Below are positions 45,761 to 59,732 of a DNA stretch of 64,000 nucleotides, in pieces (the first letter of the stretch is position 1; every line of letters starts with the position of its first letter). Made by a program: the position numbers and the translations under genes. The stretch is from an uncultured Hormoscilla sp. GTDB lineage: Bacteria; Cyanobacteriota; Cyanobacteriia; Cyanobacteriales; Desertifilaceae. The stretch lies in contig OZ001293.3 of the NCBI GenBank assembly GCA_963921275.4, positions 5,856,001 to 5,920,000 on the forward strand. The letters are read 5' to 3'. Under the pieces are notes generated by a model, which was given only the letters and a program-made list of their open reading frames with translations, was not told the DNA's origin and searched no databases.

Positions 45761-46474
45761 ATGTTTGAGAATAACCCGAATCTCAGCAGCGCATGGCGTA
45801 GTTTAGTTGAGGATGGTGACATCGAAACACATTCTAACATGACAGCTGAGTTAACGGTTCAAGGCAAGGAAACACTTCGCAACAGCTTACCAAAGCCTGG
45901 TGCTAAGGATTACTGGGAAGACCCACAAATCGCCGGATTAATGCGCGACCCGCCTGAGACTTTTCTCGAAATTGTGAGGATCTTAGTAGCGTGGTATTAT
46001 TCCGACGACCCGTCCCAAGTATTACAAGCATCAGAAGAGCAATTTGATCGAAAACTCCCAAGTCTGCTCATAGCATGGAATCAGTGGATGGCAAATAAAA
46101 AAATACATCCCGGTATCATCGGCGGCATATTTGACCCGATCATGGACAGCAACGGCAAATGGCGCGAAAACTGTAGTTTACTTGAGGCAAATGGTGATAT
46201 AAAACTACATCCTGAAAGCGGGGGCCTTGTGGTAGTTGAGTTAACAGCTCAAGGCATGGAAACACTCTACAACAGCTTACCGGAGCCTGGTGCTAAGGAT
46301 TACTGGGAAAACCCACGGATCACCGAATTCGTGCGCATATCTATAATACAAAAAGCCCCGGGTCTCATAGTGGCTCTAGCAAAGTGGTATTACGACGGGC
46401 CCCGCATTAAACACATGTTACAGCAGCCCAACGACATTGCAATCCCAATAATCCCCTCCGATAACGATGATTAG
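45761..46474 (+). CDS. hypothetical protein with an internal duplication
   Basis: ELTxQGxETLxNSLPxPGAKDYWExP and LxxWYY occur twice. Confidence 0.55.
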   Translation: MFENNPNLSSAWRSLVEDGDIETHSNMTAELTVQGKETLRNSLPKPGAKDYWEDPQIAGLMRDPPETFLEIVRILVAWYYSDDPSQVLQASEEQFDRKLPSLLIAWNQWMANKKIHPGIIGGIFDPIMDSNGKWRENCSLLEANGDIKLHPESGGLVVVELTAQGMETLYNSLPEPGAKDYWENPRITEFVRISIIQKAPGLIVALAKWYYDGPRIKHMLQQPNDIAIPIIPSDNDD

Positions 46475-46489
46475 TACGGAATAACACCC

Positions 46490-46687
46490 ATGGCGATCGC
46501 ACCAACGCGATCGCCCCAAATATCAATGGAGGAAACCAAAATGATTGATGACAAAATCGCCGCACTACTTCTACTGTGGCAGTGTCAGAGGCTTAAATAC
46601 TCCTTGGATGAATTACTAGCAGGTGAGATCGAAGATGGCGAGGAAGAAATATATTGGGGCAAGCCAGAAGGAGAAGAAGTGTGGTAA
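46490..46687 (+). pseudogene. MazE-like antitoxin remnant
   Basis: C-terminus KYSLDELLAG...WGKPEGEEVW; N-terminal AbrB part not recognisable. Confidence 0.6.
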
Positions 46688-47022
46688 ACTATATTCCCAA
46701 ACTAGGTGACTTTATTCGCCTTAACTTTGACCCCCAGGCAGGACATAAGCAGATGGGGCTTCGCCCTGGGCTTGTTGTCAGTCAGGATAAATTTAACCGC
46801 AAAATGGGATTTGTTTTTATTTGCCCTATCAGCAATAAAAAACGTAAAAACCCGTTTTACTTTACCATTCTCGATGGGTAAGCGGTGACAGGTGTAATTA
46901 TGGCTAACTAGATGCGATCTCTTGACGAGCGCGCTAGACAGGCAAGTTTTATTAGTGAATGTCCAGAAGGTTTACTTGAAGAAGTGCTAAAACGGATTAA
47001 GCCGATTTTATTTGATTCTTAG
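46681..47022 (+). pseudogene. mazF: MazF/PemK toxin with two in-frame stops
   Basis: YIPKLGDFIRLNFDPQAGHKQMGLRPGLVVS...CPIS; stops near 46880 and 46910. Confidence 0.8.
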
Positions 47023-47255
47023 GCAGGGATTTATGCCGTTTCCGTCCAGACGCACCTAGGGCGGGACGCTTTCATCTTACCTGACGGGGCGATCGCCAGT
47101 AACCACGTACCAGGCCGACGGACGGACAGGCGAGACAAGTCCTACGCTGACAGGCGAGACAAGTCCTACGCTGACAATTTTGGGATTGCTCGCGCTGGGG
47201 TGTACTCTAGATCGAGTCACTCTATTTACTGCTCTTACCAAAGGCACGACGCGAT

Positions 47256-48218
47256 ATGACAGTCTCCAGTCCTCCCCGTACCATACGCATCGGTTCCCGC
47301 AAAAGCCAGCTAGCTTTGATCCAAACTAACTGGGTGCAAGCACGCTTTGTCGAAAAGTTCCCCGATCGCACCTTTGAAATCCACACCATGAGCACCCAGG
47401 GTGATAAGATTCTGGATGTGGCCCTATCCAAGATTGGCGATAAGGGACTGTTCACCAAGGAACTGGAACTAGGAATGCTGCACGATCGGACGGATCTGGC
47501 GGTGCATTCCCTCAAGGATCTGCCGACTAACTTGCCAGAGGGGTTAGTCTTGGGATGCGTCACGGAACGGGAAGATCCCGCTGATGCCCTGGTTGTCCGT
47601 GCCCAGCATCAAGATAAGCAACTGGATACTCTGCCCCCTGGAACTGTAATTGGCACATCTTCCCTGCGCCGCCTGGCACAGTTGCGCCATCATTATCCCC
47701 ATCTGGAATTTAAGGATGTCCGGGGTAATCTCAATACCAGACTGGCCAAGCTAGATGCCGGGGAGTACGACGCCCTGATCCTGGCAGTGGCCGGTTTGCA
47801 ACGCCTGGGTATGGCCGATCGCATTCATCAAGCAATTCCAGCGTCCGTTTCTCTCCATGCCGTGGGACAAGGTGCTTTGGGCATAGAATGTCGCGCTGAT
47901 GACACCGAAGTGCTAGATTTGCTCCAAGCAATCTCTCATACTCCTACCACCCAACGCTGCTATGCCGAACGGGCCTTCCTGCGATCGCTGGAAGGGGGTT
48001 GCCAAGTCCCGATCGGGGTGAATACGACCATAGATGGGGATAAACTGACCTTGACTGGTATGGTGGCCAGTCTTGACGGTCAGCGCTTAGTCAAAGATAG
48101 TATTACAGGTTCGGCTAATAATCCCGAACAGTTGGGACTCGATCTGGCAGAACGCCTGCGCGAGATGGGCGCACAAGATATTTTAGCTGAAATCTTAGCT
48201 GAAGTCCAACGAGATTAA
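47256..48218 (+). CDS. hemC: hydroxymethylbilane synthase
   Basis: [37 protein letters not shown]. Confidence 0.96.
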   Translation: MTVSSPPRTIRIGSRKSQLALIQTNWVQARFVEKFPDRTFEIHTMSTQGDKILDVALSKIGDKGLFTKELELGMLHDRTDLAVHSLKDLPTNLPEGLVLGCVTEREDPADALVVRAQHQDKQLDTLPPGTVIGTSSLRRLAQLRHHYPHLEFKDVRGNLNTRLAKLDAGEYDALILAVAGLQRLGMADRIHQAIPASVSLHAVGQGALGIECRADDTEVLDLLQAISHTPTTQRCYAERAFLRSLEGGCQVPIGVNTTIDGDKLTLTGMVASLDGQRLVKDSITGSANNPEQLGLDLAERLREMGAQDILAEILAEVQRD

Positions 48219-48258
48219 CAGATCCACCCCATTGACCATCATTGACAATAGATAGCTG

Positions 48259-49680
48259 ATGAGAATTCTGTTTGTTGCTGCTGAAGCAGCCCCGATCGCT
48301 AAGGTAGGCGGTATGGGGGATGTAGTGGGTGCCTTACCCAAAGTGTTGAGAAAAATGGGGCATGATGTCCGCATCTTCATGCCTTACTATGGCTTTTTGC
48401 CCGATAAAATGGAAATCCCCCAAGACTCTGTCTGGTGGGGGTTTGCCATGTTTGAAAACTTCGGAGTTTACGAGACGGTGTTACCCGGAACTGACGTCCC
48501 CTTATACCTGTTTGGACATTTGTCTTTCTCGGGTCGGAACATCTACTACGGGGAAGATGAAGGTTGGCGGTTTACTCTGTTTGCTAATGGTGCCGCAGAG
48601 TTTGCCTGGAATTACTGGAAACCGCAAATTATTCACTGCCATGACTGGCACGCGGGGATGTTGCCAGTATGGATGCACCAATCTCCAGATATCAGCAGCG
48701 TGTTCACGATTCACAATTTAGCCTATCAAGGACCGTGGCGTTGGTATTTGGATCGGATTACTTGGTGTCCCTGGTACATGCAGGGTCATAATACCATGGC
48801 AGCAGCAGTGCAGTTTGCCGATCGGGTAACGACAGTGTCTCCGACCTACGCCCAGCAAATCAAAACGGTAGAATATGGGGAAAAGCTGGAGGGTTTGCTA
48901 TCTTTTATCAGCGGCAAAACCGTGGGTATCCTCAATGGCATCGATACGGAAAGCTATGACCCGGCCACCGACAAGTATATTCGGAAAAACTTTACAGCTG
49001 ATACGATAGAAAAGCGTGCCGCTAATAAGATTTCCCTGCAAGAAGAAGTCGGTATGGAGGTAAACAAGGGCACCTTTTTGATGGGTATGGTGACCCGGTT
49101 GGTGGAACAAAAGGGCATAGACTTGACCATTCAAATCCTCGATCGGTTTATGGCCTACACTGATGCTCAGTTCGTGCTGCTGGGGACGGGCGATCGCTAT
49201 TATGAAACCCAAATGTGGGAGATGGCATCCCGTTATCGGGGGCGGATGTCGGTGCAACTGCTTTATAATGATGCCCTGGCCCGCCGCATTTATGCAGGTT
49301 GCGATGCTTTCTTGATGCCTTCGCGCTTTGAACCCTGCGGGATCAGCCAAATGCTAGCCATGCGCTACGGTTGCGTTCCCATTGTACGACGCACGGGGGG
49401 CTTAGTCGATACGGTCTCCCACAATATCCCGGATCTAGAAATCGGTACGGGTTATTGCTTCGATCGCTACGAACCCTTGGACCTATTTACCTGTATGGTC
49501 AGGGCTAGCGAAGCTTTCCGGTTTAAGGCGGAATGGCAGAAACTACAGCAGCGGGGGATGCGGCAGAACTTCAGTTGGGATCTTTCCGCGAAAGAGTACA
49601 TTAAAATGTACCGAGAAGTTATCGGTCTGCCGCCGGAAGAGGAAGAAACTCAACCAGAGTTAGCTACTGCTACATCCTGA
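48259..49680 (+). CDS. glgA: glycogen synthase
   Basis: [23 protein letters not shown]. Confidence 0.96.
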   Translation: MRILFVAAEAAPIAKVGGMGDVVGALPKVLRKMGHDVRIFMPYYGFLPDKMEIPQDSVWWGFAMFENFGVYETVLPGTDVPLYLFGHLSFSGRNIYYGEDEGWRFTLFANGAAEFAWNYWKPQIIHCHDWHAGMLPVWMHQSPDISSVFTIHNLAYQGPWRWYLDRITWCPWYMQGHNTMAAAVQFADRVTTVSPTYAQQIKTVEYGEKLEGLLSFISGKTVGILNGIDTESYDPATDKYIRKNFTADTIEKRAANKISLQEEVGMEVNKGTFLMGMVTRLVEQKGIDLTIQILDRFMAYTDAQFVLLGTGDRYYETQMWEMASRYRGRMSVQLLYNDALARRIYAGCDAFLMPSRFEPCGISQMLAMRYGCVPIVRRTGGLVDTVSHNIPDLEIGTGYCFDRYEPLDLFTCMVRASEAFRFKAEWQKLQQRGMRQNFSWDLSAKEYIKMYREVIGLPPEEEETQPELATATS

Positions 49681-49748
49681 TAGATTGTCGGGTGGGCTGC
49701 GGCCCACCTGACAGTTGCATCTAATCATGTAAAATGGGGAAAGCGGCT

Positions 49749-50360
49749 ATGATTCAATCCCTGCAAAAAACCCTAACCTTTGAGGAATTTCTGGAATGCT
49801 ATCCAGAAGATGGGAGATGCTACGAACTTATTGATGGAGAGGTTGTCGAAATGCGACCGAAGGGTGACCATGAGGACATATCAAGTACCATTACTCGCAA
49901 ACTCGATCGGGAAATAGAACGCTTGCACCGTCCTTTTTCTATTCCTAAAACCTGCTGCATTAAGCCTGAAAGTGATATTGATGGGTATGTGCCAGATGTA
50001 ATTGTGCTCGATCGCCGGCAACTTCCGTTAGAACCCCTGTGGAAAAAAGCTTCGACCATTACAAAGGGTAGTTCTGCTTGTTTAGTGGTAGAGGTAGTTA
50101 GCACAAATTGGCAGGATGATTATGCTAAAAAGTTGGAAGATTATGAGAGATTACTAATTCCAGAATATTGGATTGTGGATTATCTAGCATTGGGCGGTCG
50201 GCGATATATTGGATATCCTAAGCAGCCGACAGTTAGCATTTACTCTCTGGTGGGTGAATCCTATCAATTGCAACAATTTAGAGAAAAAGAAAAAATGGTG
50301 TCGGCAATATTTCCAGAATTAAACTTGCCGGCGGAGGCGCTTTTAACGGTGCCTTATTAA
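49749..50360 (+). CDS. Uma2-family endonuclease
   Basis: YELIDG, PDVIVL, VVEVVSTNWQDDY, IPEYWIVD. Confidence 0.88.
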   Translation: MIQSLQKTLTFEEFLECYPEDGRCYELIDGEVVEMRPKGDHEDISSTITRKLDREIERLHRPFSIPKTCCIKPESDIDGYVPDVIVLDRRQLPLEPLWKKASTITKGSSACLVVEVVSTNWQDDYAKKLEDYERLLIPEYWIVDYLALGGRRYIGYPKQPTVSIYSLVGESYQLQQFREKEKMVSAIFPELNLPAEALLTVPY

Positions 50361-50534
50361 TAGTTTACTGTAGGTTGGGTTTCGTGCCTCAACCCAACCT
50401 CTAGCCGATCGCAATGCAACAAGCAGAAGCGTCCTGGACTTTCCCTGACTAAAGCAGGAAACAAGAGACAGATTCGCGATCTTGTGCTAGAATTAAACAT
50501 GTAAACGCGATCGCATTGGGTAGCGGCAGAAACA

Positions 50535-53068
<2,534 letters not shown>

Positions 53069-53226
53069 TAAAGACTTTAGTCTTTGCGGGGGCCCGTTCG
53101 TAGTAAAAACTTTAGTCTTTATCTCCCCAGGTTCGTAGTAAAGACTTTAGTCTTTGCCTTTCAAACTCGCGGATGAGGACTGAAGTCCTCACTACGAACA
53201 TCGGATGAGGACTTCAGTCCTCACTA

Positions 53227-53565
53227 GGGTGTGTCATTAATTAAGCCAGATGACCGTAGCAGCCAAATAAATCGCACCCAGAAAGTTCTGAGAACGCTGA
53301 TCGTAGCGGGTCGCGAGCGCTCGATACTGCTTGAGTTTGGCAAAGAAATTCGAGGGTTAGATGGCGCGCTTGGTACAAGTATTTGTCATACTCCCGAGGG
53401 TTGGTTCCATTGCGCTTGGGAGGAATCACCGCCGTTTTTCCCTATCGACTGAAACGGGTATGAACTACTCTAAAATCGCCAAATCTTTCGGGTAAGTCCG
53501 CCAGGGGATACCAGGTAGCGATACAACACCGCTTCAACAAATAGTCGGTTATCTTTTGCAGTAAC
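53227..53565 (-). mobile_element. degenerate IS5-family relic
   Basis: End GGGTGTGTCATTAATT; IPPKRN..YDKYLYQARH and DLPERFGDFRVVHTRFSR fragments. Confidence 0.72.
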
Positions 53566-53837
53566 TCCCAATGAAATAGCCCTGGGGTCTCATAGTCCAA
53601 AGAACTGTTAGTTAGCAGTTGGTCCCCTACTATGGTGAAGGCGTTGTTGCCGGAGACTAACTGGTAAGTAAAGGGATCTCCCAGGTTGGGGTCGGCCCAA
53701 GCCTGCCAGAAAGTCCCCACGAATACGACAATGCTGCTGTTACTGAGCTCTAGGTCGGTAGGAGAGGAGTGCTCTGAAAATCGCTCACGTAAATCTTTGA
53801 AATCCCCTGCAGGGTAGCCAGGGTTTCCCCTTCAAAA

Positions 53838-56297
53838 TTAATCATAGACGATCGTCAAATCTTCGAAACTCAAACCTCCTGCTAGCTCGATCTTGTCCGT
53901 ACCCTCTTGAAAGCCTATGATAATATCCCGGCCCATGTCCGGCTCCAGAACAAAAATATTGGCCTCTGATCCTTCGTAGAGGCGATCGTTTCCATTTCCG
54001 CCGATGAGAAAGTCGTTCCCATTTCCGCCGTAGAGGCGATCGTTTCCATTTCCGCCGATGAGAAAGTCGTTCCCATTTCCTCCGTAGAGGCGATCGTTTC
54101 CATCTCCACCAATAAAACAGTCGTCCCCCTCCTCTCCGTAGAGGCGATCGTTTCCATCTCCGCCGATGAGAAAGTCGTTCTCATTTTCTCCGTAGAGGCG
54201 ATCGTTTCCGCCGATGAGAGTCTCGTCCCCTTCTTTCCCCTGTAGCCAGTCATTCTGACCATCCTGACAGACAATCTTCAAGACATCCGAAACATCGTTG
54301 ACGTTAATAGTAAAGACCTCCGAGTAACTGGCCCCAGCAGCGTCGATAGTTTGGACGCAGATGCTGTAACTCGACTTGGTCTCAAAGTCTAAAGAACTGT
54401 TAATTAGCAGTTGGTCCCCTGCTATGGTGAAGGCGTCGTTATCATCGTCACCAACGCCTGAGACTAACTGGTAGGTAAAGGTATCTCCAACGTCGGGGTC
54501 GCTAGTTCCGAAAGTCCCCACTACAGTATTGACTGGGGAGTTCTCATTGATGCTGCTGTTGCTAAGAAACAGGTCGGTAGGAGAGGAGTTCAATGCTTCA
54601 TCCTTGACGTTAATAGTAAAGACCTCCGAGTAACTGGCCCCAGCAGCGTCGATAGTTTGGACGCGGATGCTGTAACTCGATTTGGTCTCAAAGTCCAAAG
54701 AACTGTTAATTAGCAGTCGGTTCTCTTCTATGGTGAAGGCGTCGTTATCGTCGCCACCAATGCCGGAAACTAACTGGTAGGTAAAGCTATCTCCTGAGTC
54801 GGGGTCGGTAGTGGAGAAAGTCCCCACGCGGCTACCCAATGCGGAGTTTTCATTAATACTGCTGTTGCTGAGTTCGAGGTCGGTAGGAGAGGAGTTCTCT
54901 ACAACATCGTTCACTTGAATCGTGAAGGCCTCCGAGTAACTGGCCCCAGCAGCGTCGGTAGTCTGGACGCGGATGCTGTAACTCGATTTGGTCTCAAAGT
55001 CCAAAGAACTGTTAATTAGCAGTCGGTTCTCTTCTATGGTGAAGGCGTCGTTATCATCGGCACCAACGCCGGAGACTAACTGGTAGGTAAAGCTATCTCC
55101 TGAGTCGGGGTCGGTAGTGGAGAAAGTCCCCACGCGGCTACCCAATGCGGAGTTTTCATTAATACTGCTGTTGCTGAGTTCGAGGTCGGTAGGAGAGGAG
55201 TTCTCTACAACATCGTTCACTTGAATCGTGAAGGCCTCCGAGTAACTGGCCCCAGCAGCGTCGGTAGTCTGGACGCGGATGCTGTAACTCGATTTGGTTT
55301 CAAAGTCCAAAGAACTGTTAATTAGCAGTCGGTTCTCTTCTATGGTAAAGGCGTCGTTATCGTCGCCACCAACACCGGAGACTAACTGGTAGGTAAAGCT
55401 ATCTCCTGAGTCGGGGTCGGTAGTGGAGAAAGTCCCCACGACTGCACCCTCAGCGGAGTTTTCATTAATACTGCTGTTGCTGAGTTCGAGGTCGGTAGGA
55501 GACTCGGCAACATCGTTGACGTTAATAGTCAAGGTCTCCGAGTAACTGTTATTAGTAGAGTCGGTAGTCTGGACGCGGATGCTGTAACTCGATTTGGTCT
55601 CAAAGTCCAAGGAACTGTTAGTTAGCAGTGAGTTCCCTTCTATGGTGAAGGCGTCGTTATCATTGACACCAGCGCCTGAGACTAACTGGTAGGTAAAGGA
55701 ATCTCCACTGTCGGGGTCGGTAGTGGAGAAAGTCCCCACGACTGCACCCTCAGCGGAGTTTTCATTAATACTGCTGTTGCTGAGTTCGAGGTCGGTAGGA
55801 GACTCGGCAACATCGTTGACGTTAATAGTCAAGGTCTCCGAGTAACTGTTCCTAGCAGAGTCGGTAGTCTGGACGCGGATGCTGTAACTCGATTTGGTCT
55901 CAAAGTCCGGGGAAATTTTAATTAGCAGTTGGTCCCCTACTATGGTGAAGGCGGCGTTATCATAGTCAAGAGCATCGTCACCAAGGATGGAGACTAACTG
56001 GTAGGTAAAGGTATCTCCAACGTCGGGGTCGGTAGTGGAGAAAGTTCCCACGACAGTATTGACTGGGGAGTTTTCATCGATGCTGCTGTTGCTGAGTTCG
56101 AGGTCGGTAGGAGGGGAGTTCTCTACAACAATGTCAAAGGTATCTCCCCTTCGATTTCCCGCTTGGTCGATGGCGGTTACCGTTACGGTAAAGATGCCTC
56201 CGGTAGCAGGGATACCGCTGATAACTCCCTGAGAGTTGATGGTTAAGCCCTCTGGTAAACCGGTAGCTGTGTAGTTATTGATGTTGTCAGCTAATAA
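53838..56297 (-). pseudogene. 5'-truncated cadherin-repeat / RTX calcium-binding surface protein
   Basis: Frame open upstream of 56051 (He_PIG-like [13 protein letters not shown]) with no start; six cadherin-like repeats (PTDLEL...LDFETK); GGxGNDxL nonapeptides; extra cadherin fragment at 53575-53770. Confidence 0.82.
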
Positions 56298-56437
56298 CGG
56301 GTGCGGCTCCGAATTTTTTGATCAATTTTCGACTCTGGTCGGTAGCGGGCGCTCCCTCCCCAGCGGGGGGAGCAATTTGCCCCCGGGGGGCTGGAGGGGC
56401 TCTTCTTGCCAACGGGCGCAAGACCACACTCCCGATC

Positions 56438-56705
56438 TTACTCCGGCCAAGGAGGTGCTTACTCCGGCCAAGGAGGTGCTTACTCCGGCCAAGGAGGTGC
56501 TTACTCTGGCCAAGGAGTTACTCAACTGCCCTTCGGTAATCTTGTCTCACGCCAAAGCAAAAGGTTGTGACGCCACCGAATGACTCTCGTACTTGGTGGA
56601 ATGATTCAGTTACTCCTGGAAATGAATAGTTACTCCTGGAAATGACTGATTTTTCCAATAACTGAGTCACTCCCTGGAGTGACTCAGTTATTCCCGGATA
56701 AAATA
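56438..56705. repeat. degenerate 21-bp tandem array
   Basis: TTACTCCGGCCAAGGAGGTGC x3 plus degenerate units related to 43938-44180. Confidence 0.78.
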
Positions 56706-56789
56706 TCTCTATTGTTAAGGGGCGTGAGCGCAGGCTGCGACCTTGGAGGCCAAGGCCATTTAGGGAGAAAGCCCGGAGTCGGCTGAGAT

Positions 56790-57331
56790 GTCTAAGGGGC
56801 GCACTACTCGTATTGCCGCTAACCCCCCACAATATCGGTCGCCCCAATAGCACTGCTTTTGCCCCTAATGCTAACGCTTTTAACACATCTGTTGAAACCA
56901 TTGGTATGTGTTCCCGGGGTAGTGCGAGTAGCGCTGGGGACACATGGGGTTTGCTGTCTGACGCTAGCAACTGCTTCTAAACTTTTGGTCGCCATCGTAC
57001 TCAATATCACGCTTCCTAACTTGGCCGCTGCTTTCGCCGTGGCCATTTCTCCTTCCTTTGCGGCCAGGCATTGAAAAGCCATTGGCGCGATCGCGATCGG
57101 CAGAGGCCAAGCTTGACCGAGAATAGTTGTACTTAAATCTCGGTGACTGACATCTACTAACATGCGCGGACGGAGTTTGTATCGTTCAAATGCGGCACGG
57201 TTGTCTTGCAGAGTAATTTCGTCTCCAGCACCGCTAGCGTAGTAGTCTAGGGCCATTTGAGATAACTGCCCGGCGGCCAATGTTTGATACTCGAATAGAT
57301 TGATCAGTTTCGTGCTATTAGTCTTGGTCAT
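56790..57331 (-). pseudogene. FMN-dependent alpha-hydroxy acid (glycolate/lactate) oxidase with a large internal deletion
   Basis: DYYASGAGDEITL, LRPRML, IAPMA, then DVLKALALGAKAVLLGRPILWG in another frame. Confidence 0.82.
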
Positions 57332-57430
57332 TGGGTGAGAATGAAAATATAATTTTATTGCCCATAGTACCGCAGTTGTGTTAAAATGGTTTCATCGAGA
57401 CCAAACTGATGCCCTAACCAGGAGAAAACC

Positions 57431-57721
57431 ATGACTTTAACAGAGTTCGCCCAACTGCCCCAAAATCCCTCTTCCCTACCTCCGGCGCTGCAAGCTTTGT
57501 GGTACGATCGACAAGGGAACTGGGACAAAGCTCATGAAATCGTGCAAGATGCCAACGATCTTGACAGTGCCTGGGTTCATGCCTACTTGCATCGTCAAGA
57601 AGAAGACCTGAATAATGCTCGTTACTGGTATCATCGCAGCAGACAGCCATTCTTTACCTCTGACCTCAAGTCCGAATGGGAACATATTGCCAGCCACTTG
57701 CTTTTGAGAATTGAAAATTGA
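57431..57721 (+). CDS. conserved hypothetical protein
   Basis: LQALWYD..GNWDKAHEIVQ...AWVHAYLHR..NARYWY; RBS AGGAGA. Confidence 0.75.
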   Translation: MTLTEFAQLPQNPSSLPPALQALWYDRQGNWDKAHEIVQDANDLDSAWVHAYLHRQEEDLNNARYWYHRSRQPFFTSDLKSEWEHIASHLLLRIEN

Positions 57722-57842
57722 GAATTGAGAATTGAAAATTGAGAAAAGTAGATTTATTTATTCATGTCCATTCGCAATTTTCCTTTGTCCATTCGCAATT
57801 TTCCCTTGTCTATTCGCTTTTGTCTATTCGCCATTGTCCATT

Positions 57843-59021
57843 ATGACCTTAAAACATATAAAGATTATCGGGCATCGTGGAGCCAGTGGCTACCTGCCCG
57901 AAAATACCCTAGCTGCTTTTTCTTTAGCGATCGAGATGGGTGCTAACGCGATCGAACTCGACATTGTCCCCACAAAAGAGAGGGAATTAATAGCCCGTCA
58001 CGAAAACGACATCACCCACACTACCAATATATCACATCTGACTGAATTTAGCGATCGCCTGACCGTCAAAAGCATCAACGGCCAAGAAATAACAGGCTGG
58101 TTTACAGAAGATTTCACTTTAGCAGAAATCAAAACCCTCACAGCGAAAGCACCTCCCGATCGCCAACTTGGGTACAATTTAAAGCCTGCGCAGGCAGGCT
58201 TTGTAACTGTAGCCCCACCCTTTAGGGTTGGGGCTCCCGATCGCCAACTTGGGTACAATTTAAAGCCTGCGCAGGCAGGCTTTGTAACTGTAGCCCCACC
58301 CTTTAGGGTTGGGGCTCCCGATCGCCAACTTGGGTACAATTTAAAGCCTGCGCAGGCAGGCTTTGTAACTGTAGCCCCACCCTTTAGGGTTGGGGCGGCG
58401 GCGGTGGGGGCGGAGGTGGGGGCGGTAGTGCCGACATTACAGGAAGTTATCGATCTAGTCAAGCATCAAAGGACAGCTGCCGGGCGGGCGATCGGGCTTT
58501 ACATAGAAATCAAGCATTCTACCTATTTTAGAACAATGGGGCTGCCAATCGAAGAGCCTTTAGTAGAAATATTGGAAAAGAATGGATACAGGACAGCGGA
58601 TGCCCCGATTTTTCGCGCAGCGATCGCGATCGAATCCTTTGAAAGCGAGAGCCTCAAACACCTGCATCAACTTACCCAAGTACCTCTCGTGCAGCTGCGC
58701 CAGGACTTGACATCAGCATCAGAATTAGCTAATATAGCCGAGTATGCTGTAGGATTAGCAGCCTACAAACGTTTAATTGTCCCCACTGACGAACGGGGAC
58801 ATCTGTTAGCGCCTACCTCATTAATTCAGGATGCCCATCAAGTTAATCTAAAGGTGTATAGCTGGACATTTAGAAATGAAAAAATCTATCTCGCCCCCGA
58901 GTACAAAGGTAACCCACAAGCAGAATACGAGCAATTCCTGCTCTTAGGATTAGATGGAGTGTTTAGCGACTTCCCAGATACCGCAGTCTCAGTGCGCGAT
59001 CGGTTCCATCCTTCGCAGTAA
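57843..59021 (+). CDS. glpQ: glycerophosphodiester phosphodiesterase with an in-frame 3 x 27-aa insertion
   Basis: IIGHRGASGYLPENT, IELD, YIEIK, DGVFSDFP. Confidence 0.85.
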   Translation: MTLKHIKIIGHRGASGYLPENTLAAFSLAIEMGANAIELDIVPTKERELIARHENDITHTTNISHLTEFSDRLTVKSINGQEITGWFTEDFTLAEIKTLTAKAPPDRQLGYNLKPAQAGFVTVAPPFRVGAPDRQLGYNLKPAQAGFVTVAPPFRVGAPDRQLGYNLKPAQAGFVTVAPPFRVGAAAVGAEVGAVVPTLQEVIDLVKHQRTAAGRAIGLYIEIKHSTYFRTMGLPIEEPLVEILEKNGYRTADAPIFRAAIAIESFESESLKHLHQLTQVPLVQLRQDLTSASELANIAEYAVGLAAYKRLIVPTDERGHLLAPTSLIQDAHQVNLKVYSWTFRNEKIYLAPEYKGNPQAEYEQFLLLGLDGVFSDFPDTAVSVRDRFHPSQ

Positions 59022-59067
59022 AATGCTTGTAATTAGCCATCCGCCATTCACTATTCGCAATTAGCAT

Positions 59068-59640
59068 TCACTTGCCCATATTGCGCTTCATTTGTTCTAG
59101 TTCGTCATCCATTTCCCATTGGCGAAACTTCTCCAGTAAAGGATCTGCTTTGCTATCAAAACTATAACTTTTGTTCCAACCTGGCAGTGTTTGCTTCTGA
59201 GATGTTTTGGCCCGATGACGTTCCGCTTCCACCTGAGTAGCTTTAACTCGCACTTCTTTCAAGCGTTCCTTAATTTTACGATAAAGAACCTTCGCTTGTT
59301 CGATGCGTTCTTTGCACCCTTGCATCTTACCCCACAGTTGATTTCCTTGACGTAGCAGGGCCGCTTCCCTTTCTGCCGCTGCTTCGGCCAAATCTAACCT
59401 TCCTTTCTCCCGCGCCTTATTTACCCAGTTATGCCAGCGCTGGATTTCTTGAGCTGTAGTCAGTATCTCATCCTGCAATTTCTTTTCTTGCTTTTGTAAA
59501 TCGGCAATCAATCGCAAGGTATCTTCGTCTTGCTGTTGCAATTGTTCTTCTAAGATTGATAGCTCTAAATGCGGATTCTTACTGAGAAAATCATCTAATC
59601 TGTTCTCAAAAAAACGGCTGAAATCTTCAAATATGCCCAC
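59068..59640 (-). CDS. PspA-like coiled-coil protein (TIGR04376-type)
   Basis: FEDFSRFFENRLDDFL.KNPHLEL, REAALLRQGNQLWG, WEMDDELEQMK. Confidence 0.78.
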   Translation of the reverse strand: MGIFEDFSRFFENRLDDFLSKNPHLELSILEEQLQQQDEDTLRLIADLQKQEKKLQDEILTTAQEIQRWHNWVNKAREKGRLDLAEAAAEREAALLRQGNQLWGKMQGCKERIEQAKVLYRKIKERLKEVRVKATQVEAERHRAKTSQKQTLPGWNKSYSFDSKADPLLEKFRQWEMDDELEQMKRNMGK

Positions 59641-59732
59641 TTTTACAACTCCTATAATAACCGACCCGGGCAGGCGGATCGCCCGTCCTACGTTCCGACC
59701 CGGGCAGGCGATCCGCCCTACAGGCTACGCTA

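Noticed and set aside
54300..56130. Roughly 300-bp direct repeats as a DGR template or segmental duplication
   Set aside because: Explained by tandem cadherin domains in one reading frame.
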